From an uncultured Alphaproteobacteria bacterium (GTDB lineage Bacteria; Pseudomonadota; Alphaproteobacteria; Acetobacterales; Acetobacteraceae), in NCBI GenBank assembly GCA_963779875.1, contig CAWAAI010000007.1:14599-78598 (forward strand): DNA of 64,000 nt. The letters run 5' to 3'. Shown in pieces: positions 30,789-39,395 of this stretch. Within the stretch, counting starts at the first letter, position 1. Every line of letters starts with the position of its first letter. The translations under genes were made by a program, and so were the position numbers. Under the pieces are notes generated by a model that saw only the letters and a list, made by a program, of their open reading frames with translations, did no database searches and was not told where the DNA came from.

Positions 30789-31799
30789 TCACCCCGACCG
30801 CACGATGCGCTCGGGTGGGACTTCGCCGCCGGTCAGGCAGGCCGCGATGCACTCGGCGGCCATCACGCCCATGTTCACCAGCGATCCGTCGGTTACGCCG
30901 GAGACGTGCGGCGTGACCAGCACGCGCGGATGGCGGCGCAGGGGGTGGCCCACGGGCGGCGGCTCGGTCTCGAACACGTCCAGCGCCGCGCCGGCGATGT
31001 GGCCGCAGTCCAGTGCCGCCGCCAGCGCCGCCTCGTCCACGATGCCGCCGCGCGCCGTGTTCGCCACATAGCTCCCGGCCGGCATCGCCGCCAGCGCCGC
31101 GGCGTCGACGATGTGATGGGTGCGCGGCGTGTAGGGGCAATGCACGGACAGAACGTCGCTGTGGCGGAGCAGGGTGGGCAGATCAGGCGCGCGCTGCACG
31201 CCAGCGGGGAATTCGTCCGTGCGGGCCGTGGGGTCGAAGGCGGCGACCGCCATGCCGAAGGCCTGGGCCAGCCCGGCCACATGCCGGCCGATCGCGCCGA
31301 AGCCCAGCAGGCCCAGGCGCATGCCGTGGATGTCGCGAACCCTGGTGGCAGCACCGCGCCAGCCGCCGGCGGCGATGGCTTCGCCCAGCGGCCGCAGGTC
31401 CTTGGCCATCGCCAGGATCATCGCCAGCGTGTGCTCGGCCACCGCGCGCGTGTTCGAGCCCGGCGCGCGCGCCACCAGGATGCCGCGCGCCGCCGCCGCA
31501 GTCAGGTCGACGTCGTCCACCCCGACGCCGTGCCGGGCGACGACCCGCAACCGGGCGGAAGCGTCCATCGCCGCCGCGGTCACCGGGCCCTGGCGGGTAA
31601 GGATGGCGTGCGCCTGCACCTCGCCGGTGAGTGCCGCCACTGCCTCGGCCGAGGGGTAGGGGGGCATGTAGTGGATCGCACAACCGGCCCGATCCAGCAC
31701 CGCCACCGCCTCTGCGGCCAGGCGCGGTGCGGTCATCACCACATGGAAGGGACCGGCGGCATGGAAGGGACCGGCGGCAGCCCCGGCAGCATCGGTCAA
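30789..31799 (-). CDS. D-isomer-specific 2-hydroxyacid dehydrogenase family protein
   Basis: NAD motif GLLGFGAIGRHVA and catalytic-domain blocks NTARGGIVDE, LDVFETEPP, TPHVSG. TTG 31799 has a GGGAGA SD and overlaps the olsB stop (TTGA). This start retains the first beta-strand (PFHVVMTAP). The alternative ATG is at 31736. Confidence 0.75.
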   Translation of the reverse strand: MTDAAGAAAGPFHAAGPFHVVMTAPRLAAEAVAVLDRAGCAIHYMPPYPSAEAVAALTGEVQAHAILTRQGPVTAAAMDASARLRVVARHGVGVDDVDLTAAAARGILVARAPGSNTRAVAEHTLAMILAMAKDLRPLGEAIAAGGWRGAATRVRDIHGMRLGLLGFGAIGRHVAGLAQAFGMAVAAFDPTARTDEFPAGVQRAPDLPTLLRHSDVLSVHCPYTPRTHHIVDAAALAAMPAGSYVANTARGGIVDEAALAAALDCGHIAGAALDVFETEPPPVGHPLRRHPRVLVTPHVSGVTDGSLVNMGVMAAECIAACLTGGEVPPERIVRSG

Positions 31800-32626
31800 G
31801 TGGCCGTCTCCCGCTGGTCGCGCTCGTAGTGGCGGGAGTATTTGGCGGTCACCAGCTCGGTCTTCACCAGGATCGCCACGTCCACCGTATTGAACTGGGT
31901 GTCGATAACCGCGCCATCGCCCACGAAACCGCCCAGCCGCAGATAGCCCTTGATCAACGGCGGCAGCGCGGCCAGCGCGCGCAGCGGCTCCAGGGCGGCA
32001 GGATCGCTGCGGCGCATCTCCACGTAGCGCGACGGCAGCGCCCGCAGGCGCAGCTCCGGCGGGGCGAGGTGATAGGCGTGCAGATACGTCAACTCGGTGG
32101 CCAGCGCGTCGGGGTCGGTGCCCGGCAGGCTGGCGCAGCCGAACATCAGGCCGATGTCGTGGCGGCGCACATAGGCGGCGATACCGCGCCACAGCAGCTG
32201 CATCACGGCACGGTTGCGGTAGTTCAGATGGACGCAGGAGCGGCCCAGTTCCATCACCCGGCCGGGAAAAGCGAGCACCGTGGCGAGATCGTACTCATCG
32301 GCCGAATAGAACCCGCCGACGCGCGCCGCCGCCTCGGTGCGGATCAGGCGGTAGGTGCCGACCACGCCGTCGGCGCCGGCGCCCCGGGCGTGATCAATCA
32401 CCAGCAGGTGGTCGGCGACCGCATCGAAGCGGTCGCGGTCGCGCCTGGTGGCGGCGGCGTCGGAGTCGGGATGGGCGCCCATCTCCTCGTAGAAGATACG
32501 GTAGCGCAGGGCCTGTGCGGCATCGACCTCGGCCGCGTTCTCGGCGATGCGCACGCCCAGGTTGCCGCTGCGCAGTTCCCCGAACCCAGCCGTCTGATCG
32601 GGGGTGGTGGTTTGGTCCAGACTCAT
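31796..32626 (-). CDS. olsB: ornithine-acyl-ACP N-acyltransferase (GNAT, ornithine-lipid synthesis)
   Basis: Strong OlsB signature: LGVRIAENAAEVDAAQALRYRIFYEEM.., HLLVIDH, VVGTYRL, LELGRSCV, MQLLWRGIAAYV, MFGCASLPGTDP. Confidence 0.85.
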   Translation of the reverse strand: MSLDQTTTPDQTAGFGELRSGNLGVRIAENAAEVDAAQALRYRIFYEEMGAHPDSDAAATRRDRDRFDAVADHLLVIDHARGAGADGVVGTYRLIRTEAAARVGGFYSADEYDLATVLAFPGRVMELGRSCVHLNYRNRAVMQLLWRGIAAYVRRHDIGLMFGCASLPGTDPDALATELTYLHAYHLAPPELRLRALPSRYVEMRRSDPAALEPLRALAALPPLIKGYLRLGGFVGDGAVIDTQFNTVDVAILVKTELVTAKYSRHYERDQRETAT

Positions 32627-33135
32627 CGCACACCGCCCGACTGGCGGCGCGCCGGGCCGGCGGATTCGGTCGCCGGAACTTCGGTTGGCGGAACTTCGGT
32701 CGCCGGAACCTCAGCCGAATTCGACTTGGCATCGTGGCGGCGGCCGAACAACTCCAGCCGGTGCGACACAAGGTCGAAGCCGAGGCGGGCGGCGATCGCC
32801 TTCAGCACGCCTTCGTGCTCGGCGTCCTCGAACTCGATCACCCGGCCGGTTTCGACGTCGATCAGGTGGTAGTGGTGGCCGTGCTCGGTGGGTTCGTATC
32901 GAGCCCGCCCGCCACCGAAATCCCGCCGCTCCAGGATGCCACGCTCCTCCAGCAGCCTGACCGTGCGGTAGACGGTGGCGATTGAGATGCGCGCGTCGAG
33001 GTTCGCCGCCCGGCGGTAGAGTTCCTCCACATCCGGGTGGTCGTCGGATTCCGACAGCACGCGCGCGATCACGCGGCGCTGGCCGGTCATTTTCAGGCCT
33101 CGTTCAACGCAAAGGCGTTCGATGCGGCTTTCCAT
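32623..33135 (-). CDS. fur: Fur-family transcriptional regulator with a C-terminal repeat tail
   Basis: GQRRVIARVL..HPDVEELY..ISIATVYRTVRLLEERGIL..HHYHLID..HRLELFG. The ~40-aa tail contains EVPATEVPPTEVPATE. Its stop overlaps the olsB ATG (ATGA). Confidence 0.8.
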   Translation of the reverse strand: MESRIERLCVERGLKMTGQRRVIARVLSESDDHPDVEELYRRAANLDARISIATVYRTVRLLEERGILERRDFGGGRARYEPTEHGHHYHLIDVETGRVIEFEDAEHEGVLKAIAARLGFDLVSHRLELFGRRHDAKSNSAEVPATEVPPTEVPATESAGPARRQSGGVR

Positions 33136-33424
33136 CCGATCTCCCGTGCCGACCGATCGCCAACTCCTGCGGGCCTGCCTGCATCCGGTGGCGAGGCCGG
33201 CGGCGCCGCGGGAGTTCCGCCACGCCGCCGGCTATCCCGCACCCTGCCGGTCGCGTCCAGACCGATCGCAAGCCAAAAGCGATGTGGTCGCCGTCGTCAG
33301 CGGGACAGGCGTAGCCGATCAGGGCGGGCGATGTCCATGTATGTCACCTTACTGATCGCCGCACGGCTGCGGAGACCGGCCACCGCAAGCCGGTCGGGGA
33401 AACTGCCTTACGGCGGGCGCGGCG

Positions 33425-33835
33425 CTAGCGCCCGGCGCGCGGCTTGGTGCCCAGACCGATCTTCTTGGCCAGCGACGAGCGGTGGCTCGCATAGTCCGGC
33501 GCAACCATGGGATAGTCGGCCGGCAGGCCCCAGCGCTCCCGATACTGGTCGGGGGTCATGCCGTAGGAGGTCTTGAGGTGGCGCTTGAGCATCTTGAGCT
33601 TCTTGCCGTCTTCCAGACACACGATATGGTCCGGGAAAATCGATTTCTTTACCGGCACGGCGGGCTGCGGCTTGTCGGGCTGGGCGGGTTCGCGCCCGAC
33701 ATTGGCAAGTGTCCGATAGACATCCAGGATCAGCGTTGGCAACGCATCGGGCATCACCGAATTGTTGGAGACATGCGCCGAGACAATCTGCGCTGTCAGG
33801 CCAAGTACATCTGAATTGCCGATATCTTCGGACAT
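33425..33835 (-). CDS. mucR: MucR/Ros-family zinc-finger transcriptional regulator
   Basis: LTAQIVSAHVSNN.., PDHIVCLEDGKKLKMLKRHLKTSYGMTPDQYRERWGLPADYPMVAPDYA is the canonical Ros/MucR block. ATG 33835 has a GGGAGGG SD. Confidence 0.9.
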   Translation of the reverse strand: MSEDIGNSDVLGLTAQIVSAHVSNNSVMPDALPTLILDVYRTLANVGREPAQPDKPQPAVPVKKSIFPDHIVCLEDGKKLKMLKRHLKTSYGMTPDQYRERWGLPADYPMVAPDYASHRSSLAKKIGLGTKPRAGR

Positions 33836-33936
33836 CCTATGCCCTCCCGAAACGATGACCGGGGTGATATAGGTGCTGGTCAGCCCGCTTCGCAACGGAT
33901 ATTTTGCAGCAGCATAACAGACCGCCCAAGAGCAAG

Positions 33937-34182
33937 ATGAGCACGATGGAAATCGCCGCAGACCATACGCTCGACATCACCCGGGACATCTGCCCGATGA
34001 CGTTCGTGCGCACCCGTCTTGCATTGGATCGACTTGAACCGGGCCAGAAGCTTCTGGTTATTCTTAAGGGCGAGGAGCCCCGCCGGAACGTTCCGCGCAG
34101 CGCCAGCGAACTCGGCCACAAGATTCTGGCGGAGGAGACGGGCGACGATGGCGTCACCCGCCTGCTTCTGGAACGGGGCTAG
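33937..34182 (+). CDS. TusA/SirA-like sulfurtransferase family protein
   Basis: LDITRDICPMTFVRTRLALDRLEPGQKLLVILKG carries the conserved CP(M/L) active-site context. The start is uncertain (33937 or 33946). Confidence 0.7.
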   Translation: MSTMEIAADHTLDITRDICPMTFVRTRLALDRLEPGQKLLVILKGEEPRRNVPRSASELGHKILAEETGDDGVTRLLLERG

Positions 34183-34382
34183 TGGTGCGACCCGTTCGCT
34201 TGCCTCCCAAGCATTTGGCGAATCGCCCCACAAAATCAAGCTCTAGTGGTGCGACTCCGACGAACCTATCCGTCGGAGTCGCACCACTAGAGCGGTAGCC
34301 GTGCTGATAGACGCACGGCTACCGCTCTAGCACTTTGTTCAAGAACGCAAATCTTCCGATCGAGTGATTCCACTCGATCGGA
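34179..34382. repeat. cluster of three perfect hairpins framed by CTCTAG motifs, plus a partial direct copy
   Basis: Hairpin 1: 34241-34262 / 34271-34292 (22-bp stem, loop AACCTATC). Hairpin 2: 34287-34304 / 34313-34330 (18-bp stem, loop TGATAGAC), sharing CTAGAG with hairpin 1. Hairpin 3: 34355-34366 / 34371-34382 (12-bp stem). CTAGTGGTGCGAC is also present at 34179-34191. Confidence 0.8.
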
Positions 34383-34441
34383 TATTGCTCTAGGCGGCCC
34401 GGCCGGTTGCAACTCTGCGACGCCCGCCGGGGCTTCCCGGC

Positions 34442-34930
34442 TCAGGATTTGGCGGGCTTGCTGCCCGAAGCGGGCTTGCTGGCAGGTCCGCCCGGGCCGA
34501 TCAGCTGCTTCACCTCGTCCATCGCCTCGGCCACGCGCCGGTTCAGCGTGCCCAGCGCCTCGCCGTTCGAGCGCTGGATGAGGTCGCCGAGTTCGCGGGT
34601 GTTGGCCACTGCACGTTCATAGGCCGCCTTCAGCAGTTCCGCCTGGCGCGCCGCCTTTTCCTGCGGCGCCCCGGCGCTGGCCATGGCGCGCAGCGTCTCG
34701 GTCAGCTCGGTCATGGTCTGCTGCATGATTTCCATATGCCGCTTCGCCACCGCCTGCGCGCCCTCCAGGGCGATGCGATTGGCCGCCGACATCGCCTCGA
34801 TGTTGCGCTGGTGGGCGCGCATCAGCGCCTCGGCGTTGGGTGCGGCCGGCATCTTCATGTCGGCGAACAGCTTGGTGAACTCCTCGGCACCCGGCCAGTT
34901 CATCTGCGGCCATTTCGGGTCAATCGCCAT
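34442..34930 (-). CDS. phasin family protein (PHA granule-associated)
   Basis: MAIDPKWPQMNWPGAEEFTKLFADMKMP...NIEAMSAANRIALEGAQAVAKRHMEIMQQTM is alphaproteobacterial phasin-like. ATG 34930 has an AAGGA SD. The longer track ORF (to 35458) overlaps the upstream TetR gene and is rejected. Confidence 0.8.
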   Translation of the reverse strand: MAIDPKWPQMNWPGAEEFTKLFADMKMPAAPNAEALMRAHQRNIEAMSAANRIALEGAQAVAKRHMEIMQQTMTELTETLRAMASAGAPQEKAARQAELLKAAYERAVANTRELGDLIQRSNGEALGTLNRRVAEAMDEVKQLIGPGGPASKPASGSKPAKS

Positions 34931-35663
34931 GGTCGGATCCTTGCTGCTGAGGCGGGGGAAGAGTTTGAGGCGGTGGAGGAGTTTCAGGCGGGGGGGCGTC
35001 CGCGGGGGGCATGGAAAAGTCGCCTTCCACTGGCGGCATTTCGGCGTCCGGCGCGGCGCCGCCGCGAGCGGCCAGCCAACCGGCCGCGCGCTCGGCACGC
35101 GCCAGTGCCACGTCCAGTGCCGCCATGGTTGCCGACAGATCCTCACTGGCGTCGCGCTCCCAGGCCCGCAGGGTCCAGCCCCAGACCGCCAGCAGGCCGG
35201 CGGCGCGCACCGCCCCCGTTGCCCCTCCGGCGTCGATGCCCGCCGCTTCCAGCAGCCAGCGCATGCTGCGCAGGCTCGCGGCCCCCAGCATCGCCGCCGC
35301 CAGCGGATCGGTGGGCAGGGCGTGCAGCAGGGCGACCACTCCGTCGCGGTGGGCCTGAAAGAAGTCGATGCGCCGCATGACCAGGTCGAACAGCCGGTCG
35401 CGCGGCGCTCCGTCGGTGGCGGCGCCGGCCAGGGCGTGGGCGTCGGCCACCTCGCCAAAGCGCAGCAGCAGGGCGCAGCGGCCCGGCAGGCGCCGGCGCG
35501 CCACCTCCAGCGGCACCTCGGCCACGCGGGCGGCCTGGGGAATGCTGAGGCGCAGCCATCCGCGTTCGGCGATCTGGGAGAAGGCGGCGGCGATCAGCGC
35601 GCCGTCATGGGCCCGGTCGGCGACCGGTTCGCGCGGCGTGGCGTCGGGTTGCGTCGCTTCCAT
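34920..35663 (-). CDS. TetR-family-like transcriptional regulator with a proline-rich tail
   Basis: N-terminal HTH-like block ALIAAAFSQIAERGWLRLSIPQAARVAEVPLEVARRRLPGRCALL, a helical C-terminal domain, and a PPPETPPPPQTLPPPQQQ tail. Confidence 0.6.
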   Translation of the reverse strand: MEATQPDATPREPVADRAHDGALIAAAFSQIAERGWLRLSIPQAARVAEVPLEVARRRLPGRCALLLRFGEVADAHALAGAATDGAPRDRLFDLVMRRIDFFQAHRDGVVALLHALPTDPLAAAMLGAASLRSMRWLLEAAGIDAGGATGAVRAAGLLAVWGWTLRAWERDASEDLSATMAALDVALARAERAAGWLAARGGAAPDAEMPPVEGDFSMPPADAPPPETPPPPQTLPPPQQQGSDHGD

Positions 35664-35722
35664 TGGGGAAACATGGGCAATCCGGCGGCTGTTGTCACCC
35701 CGTCAGGCCGTACGGTTCGCCG

Positions 35723-36523
35723 TCAGCCGGCAAGTTCGCGCGACCGTGCGGTGGCCGCGGCAATCGCCCGCGACAGCGCATCCGGCATGGCCGAGCCTTC
35801 CATCAGAACGGCCAGTGCCGCCGCCGTGGTGCCGCCGGGGCTGGTGACGTTGCGGCGGAGCTGGGCGGCATCCTCGCTGCTCGCCGCCAGCAACGCGCCG
35901 GAGCCGGCGACGGTCTGGCGTGCCAGCAGGCGGGCGAGGTCGGCGGGGATGCCCTGCTCGATTGCGGCTTGTTCCATCAGCTCGGCCAGCAGGAAGACAT
36001 AGGCTGGGCCGCTGCCGGAAACCGCCGTGACCGGGTCGAGCAGCCCCTCGTCGTCCACCCAGGCAACCGCGCCTATGGCCGACAACAGGGAGTCGCACAG
36101 GTCTCGCTGCGCCGCGCTCACGCCCGGGCCGGGGCAGGCGACGGTGACGCCCTGGCGGACGGCGGCCGGTGTATTCGGCATGGCGCGCACCACGGCGGCG
36201 CCCTCGCCCAACAGTACGCGCATGCCAGCCATCGTTCGTCCGGCCATGATCGACAGCATCACCGCCGATCCGCCGAAGCGGGCATAGAGCGGCAGGGTCT
36301 CGGCAGCGTTCTGCGGCTTCACGGCAAGCACCACCGCCGCGGGCACGAAGCCGGCCGGAATGGCGGCGGCGTCGGCCACCACCGTCACCTCCGGCCCGGG
36401 TGCCGCGGGCAGCATGGGGTCCACGGCCACCGAGGGCGCCAGGCCACGCTCGCGCCAGCCGGCCAGCATGGCGCCGCCCATCTTGCCGAAGCCGACGAGC
36501 AGGATTGGCGGGATCGTGGTCAT
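35723..36523 (-). CDS. proC: pyrroline-5-carboxylate reductase
   Basis: ILLVGFGKMGGAML Rossmann start, VVRAMPNTPA, AVSGSGPAYVF, VTSPGGTT. Confidence 0.9.
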   Translation of the reverse strand: MTTIPPILLVGFGKMGGAMLAGWRERGLAPSVAVDPMLPAAPGPEVTVVADAAAIPAGFVPAAVVLAVKPQNAAETLPLYARFGGSAVMLSIMAGRTMAGMRVLLGEGAAVVRAMPNTPAAVRQGVTVACPGPGVSAAQRDLCDSLLSAIGAVAWVDDEGLLDPVTAVSGSGPAYVFLLAELMEQAAIEQGIPADLARLLARQTVAGSGALLAASSEDAAQLRRNVTSPGGTTAAALAVLMEGSAMPDALSRAIAAATARSRELAG

Positions 36524-36530
36524 GGTGCCG

Positions 36531-37034
36531 CTATGCCTCGCCGACGCATTCCAGCATCGCCGCCGCCAGCGCCTCCGCCGGCGCCTTGCCGCCCCACAGC
36601 ACGAACTGAAAGGCGGGGAAGAAGCGCTCGCATTCGCTGATGGCGATGTCCACCATGTCCTCCAGGCTCTCCGCCGAGGCGCCGGGGGCGCCGCGCAGCA
36701 GCACGGAGTGGCGGAACACCGGCATGCCGTCCTCGGCATCCATGCCAAAATGACCGATCCAGAGCCGCTCATTGGCCAGGGCGAGCAGTTCATACAGCGC
36801 GGTGCGCCGTTTCTCGGGCACCTTGAGGTCGAAGGCGCAGGTGAAGTGCATGGCGCTGATCTCATTGGACCAGCTGAAATACAACCCGTAGTCGCACCAT
36901 TTGCCCGGCGCCTCGGCGGCCATCTCGGACTCGCTGCGGCGGTCGCAGATCCACTCGTTGGCGGCGACGATCTGCTCGACCACGTCCAGCGGGTTGGCGG
37001 CGAGGTCGCTGTAGCTGTTCAGGTGGGCGGACAT
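36531..37034 (-). CDS. YbjN domain-containing protein
   Basis: NPLDVVEQIVAANEW..DYGLYFSW..MHFTCAFDLKVPEKRR..LYELLALANERLWIGHF. Conserved synteny upstream of proC. GGGAGA SD. Confidence 0.75.
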   Translation of the reverse strand: MSAHLNSYSDLAANPLDVVEQIVAANEWICDRRSESEMAAEAPGKWCDYGLYFSWSNEISAMHFTCAFDLKVPEKRRTALYELLALANERLWIGHFGMDAEDGMPVFRHSVLLRGAPGASAESLEDMVDIAISECERFFPAFQFVLWGGKAPAEALAAAMLECVGEA

Positions 37035-37244
37035 GCGTGGTCTCCCGAATGGGGGAATGCCGTTGCGGCACACTCGGCTCGGCCGCATCGCCGCGCGGCG
37101 GCCCCGTTCCGCCTGGGGCGGGTCCAGGCGCCGCGACTCCGATTCGCCATGCCGAAAACCCTACGCATGCGCAAGGCCGCGCCGCAAGTCCGAATCAAGA
37201 TACAATGGTGTGATGTTAAACCTGATCGTCAGGTCGTAACGCTT

Positions 37245-37535
37245 CTAGACGATCATGCCGGGGCCGCCACCACCCGGCTTGCGGGTCAACTCGTCCAGCC
37301 GTGCCTCCAGCGCGGCCAGCCGCGCCTCCGCCGCCTCCTGGCCCGCCCGGGTGTTGGCGGCCATCTCGGCCACGGCGTCGAACTCCTCCCGGCGTACCAG
37401 GTCGAGCCGGCGCAGCGCCTCGTCGATGCGGGCGCGGACCAGGGCCTCCATCTCGTCGCGCAGGCCCACCAGGGCCGACATCGCCCCGCCGGCCATGCCG
37501 GCCAGGTCGTCGAACAGTCGCGGTCGCTCGGCCAT
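37245..37535 (-). CDS. ubiK: accessory factor UbiK family protein (BMFP-like coiled coil)
   Basis: MAERPRLFDDLAGMAGGAMSALVGLRDEMEALVRARIDEALRRLDLVRREEFDAV is the typical UbiK/YqiC pattern. The longer track ORF is rejected. Confidence 0.75.
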   Translation of the reverse strand: MAERPRLFDDLAGMAGGAMSALVGLRDEMEALVRARIDEALRRLDLVRREEFDAVAEMAANTRAGQEAAEARLAALEARLDELTRKPGGGGPGMIV

Positions 37536-37602
37536 CGTGATCTCCCCATCGAGGCACCGCCCCGCTTTCGCCGGCGCGCCGGTGCCTCTATACCCCGGCA
37601 CC

Positions 37603-38577
37603 ATGATCCTGGTCACCGGTGGCGCCGGCTTCATCGGCTCAAATCTGCATGCGGCCCTGGCGGCGCGCGGCCTGGAGACGGTCGTGGTCGACCGGCTGCG
37701 CCACGGCGGCAAGTGGCGCAACCTTGCCGGCCACCCGCCGGCGCGGCTGATCGCGCCCGAGGCGCTGGAGGATTTCCTTGCCGACCACCCGCCGATCGAG
37801 ACGGTCTTCCACCTCGGTGCCATCAGCGCCACCACCGCGACCGACGGCGACCTGGTCTGGGCTGTCAACGTCGAACTGCCGCTGATGCTGTGGCGCTGGT
37901 GCGCGGCGCGCGGGGTGCGGCTGGTCTACGCCTCGTCGGCGGCCACCTACGGCGACGGCACGGCCGGGTTCGAGGACGGGCTGGAAGGACTGGCGCGGTT
38001 GCGGCCGCTCAACCTGTATGGCTGGAGCAAGCACGCCTTCGACTGCTCAGTGGCCCGCGCTGTTGCCGAGGGGCGGCCGCGCCCGCCGCAATGGGTGGGG
38101 CTGAAGTTCTTCAATGTCTATGGGCCTAACGAGGACCACAAGGGCGCGATGATCTCGGTGATCCGCGTGAAGCTGGACGAGGCGGCCGCCGGCCGCGCGC
38201 CGCGACTGTTCCGCTCCGACCGGGCGGGCATCGCCGACGGCGAGCAGAAGCGCGACTTCATCTGGGTGGGCGACGTGGTGGACGTGCTGCTGTGGCTGTT
38301 GGATAAGCCGGCGGTGAACGGGCTGTTCAACCTGGGCACCGGCACCGCCCGCACCTATCGAGCGGTGGCGGAGGCCGCCTGCCGCGCCACCGGGCTGGCG
38401 CCGCAGGTGGAGTTCATCGACATGCCCGCCGCCCTGCGCGGGCACTACCAGAGCTTCACCGAGGCGCCGATGCATCGGCTGCGCGACGCTGGCTACGCCG
38501 GCCAGTTCACCACGCTGGAGGACGGCGTGGCGCGCTATGCCGCGCTGCTGCGCGGCACCTCCCAGGCCGAGGGCTAG
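37603..38577 (+). CDS. hldD: ADP-glyceromanno-heptose 6-epimerase
   Basis: MILVTGGAGFIGSNL, HLGAISATT, ASSAATYGDG, LNLYGWSKHAFD, FFNVYGPNEDHKG. Confidence 0.85.
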   Translation: MILVTGGAGFIGSNLHAALAARGLETVVVDRLRHGGKWRNLAGHPPARLIAPEALEDFLADHPPIETVFHLGAISATTATDGDLVWAVNVELPLMLWRWCAARGVRLVYASSAATYGDGTAGFEDGLEGLARLRPLNLYGWSKHAFDCSVARAVAEGRPRPPQWVGLKFFNVYGPNEDHKGAMISVIRVKLDEAAAGRAPRLFRSDRAGIADGEQKRDFIWVGDVVDVLLWLLDKPAVNGLFNLGTGTARTYRAVAEAACRATGLAPQVEFIDMPAALRGHYQSFTEAPMHRLRDAGYAGQFTTLEDGVARYAALLRGTSQAEG

Positions 38578-38581
38578 CGCG

Positions 38582-39379
38582 ATGGAATTCTTCCCTGACA
38601 GCACGACGTTCCTGGTGCTGGGGCCATTGGTGCTGCGCTGGTATGCGCTGGCCTATATCGGCGGGCTGGTCATCGGCTGGCGCTGGCTGCGCGTGCTGGT
38701 GCAGAAGCCGCCGGCGGTGGCCACCCCGTTGCAGGCCGACGAGTTCCTCACCTGGGCGACCATTGGCGTGGTGATCGGCGGCCGCATCGGCTACGTGCTG
38801 TTCTACCAGCCGTCGCGCTTCCTGACCCATCCGCTGGAAATCTTCGCCGTGTGGCACGGCGGCATGTCGTTCCATGGCGGAATGCTGGGCACCGTGCTGG
38901 CGGTGGTGCTGTTTTGCCGGCGGCAGAATATCCCGCTGCTTGGCTTCGGCGACCGCATCGCGGTGGTGGTGCCGGTGGGATTGGGGCTGGGCCGCATCGC
39001 CAATTTCATGAACGGCGAGTTGTGGGGCCGCGCGGCGCCGGAGTGGCTGCCATGGGCGATGAAATTCGCCGGCGGAGGCGACGTTCTGCGCCACCCGAGC
39101 CAGCTCTACCAGGCCTTCCTGGAAGGGCTGGTGTTGCTGCTGGTGATGGCGGCGCTGAGCCGGCGCGACGCGGTGCGCGCCCGCCCGGGCATGCTGGCCG
39201 GCGCCTTCCTCATCGGCTACGCCATCGCGCGCATCATCGGCGAGTTCTTCCGCCAACCCGACCCGTTCCTGGGTTTCCTGTTCGCCGGTGCGACGATGGG
39301 CCAGCTTCTCAGCCTGCCGATGCTGGCGGCGGGGCTGTGGCTGGTGGCGCGCGCGCGGGCGCGGCGGCCGGTCGCATGA
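38582..39379 (+). CDS. lgt: prolipoprotein diacylglyceryl transferase
   Basis: LRWYALAYIGG.., GGRIGYVLFY, WHGGMSFHGGMLG, RIANFMNGELWGR, HPSQLYQAFLEG. Confidence 0.9.
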   Translation: MEFFPDSTTFLVLGPLVLRWYALAYIGGLVIGWRWLRVLVQKPPAVATPLQADEFLTWATIGVVIGGRIGYVLFYQPSRFLTHPLEIFAVWHGGMSFHGGMLGTVLAVVLFCRRQNIPLLGFGDRIAVVVPVGLGLGRIANFMNGELWGRAAPEWLPWAMKFAGGGDVLRHPSQLYQAFLEGLVLLLVMAALSRRDAVRARPGMLAGAFLIGYAIARIIGEFFRQPDPFLGFLFAGATMGQLLSLPMLAAGLWLVARARARRPVA

Positions 39380-39395
39380 CCCCGCGCCCCTGACG

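Noticed and set aside
31743-32711. The short tandem repeats (18 bp x2, 15 bp x3) considered as a possible CRISPR or minisatellite array.
   Set aside because: The repeats are contiguous with no spacers. There are only 2-3 copies, they lie inside coding sequence, and there are no cas genes in the window.
34442-35458. The 338-aa extended version of the phasin ORF.
   Set aside because: Phasin homology begins only at MAIDPKW (ATG 34930, AAGGA SD). The upstream extension is Pro/Ala/Arg-rich and overlaps the TetR-like gene, which is read in another frame.
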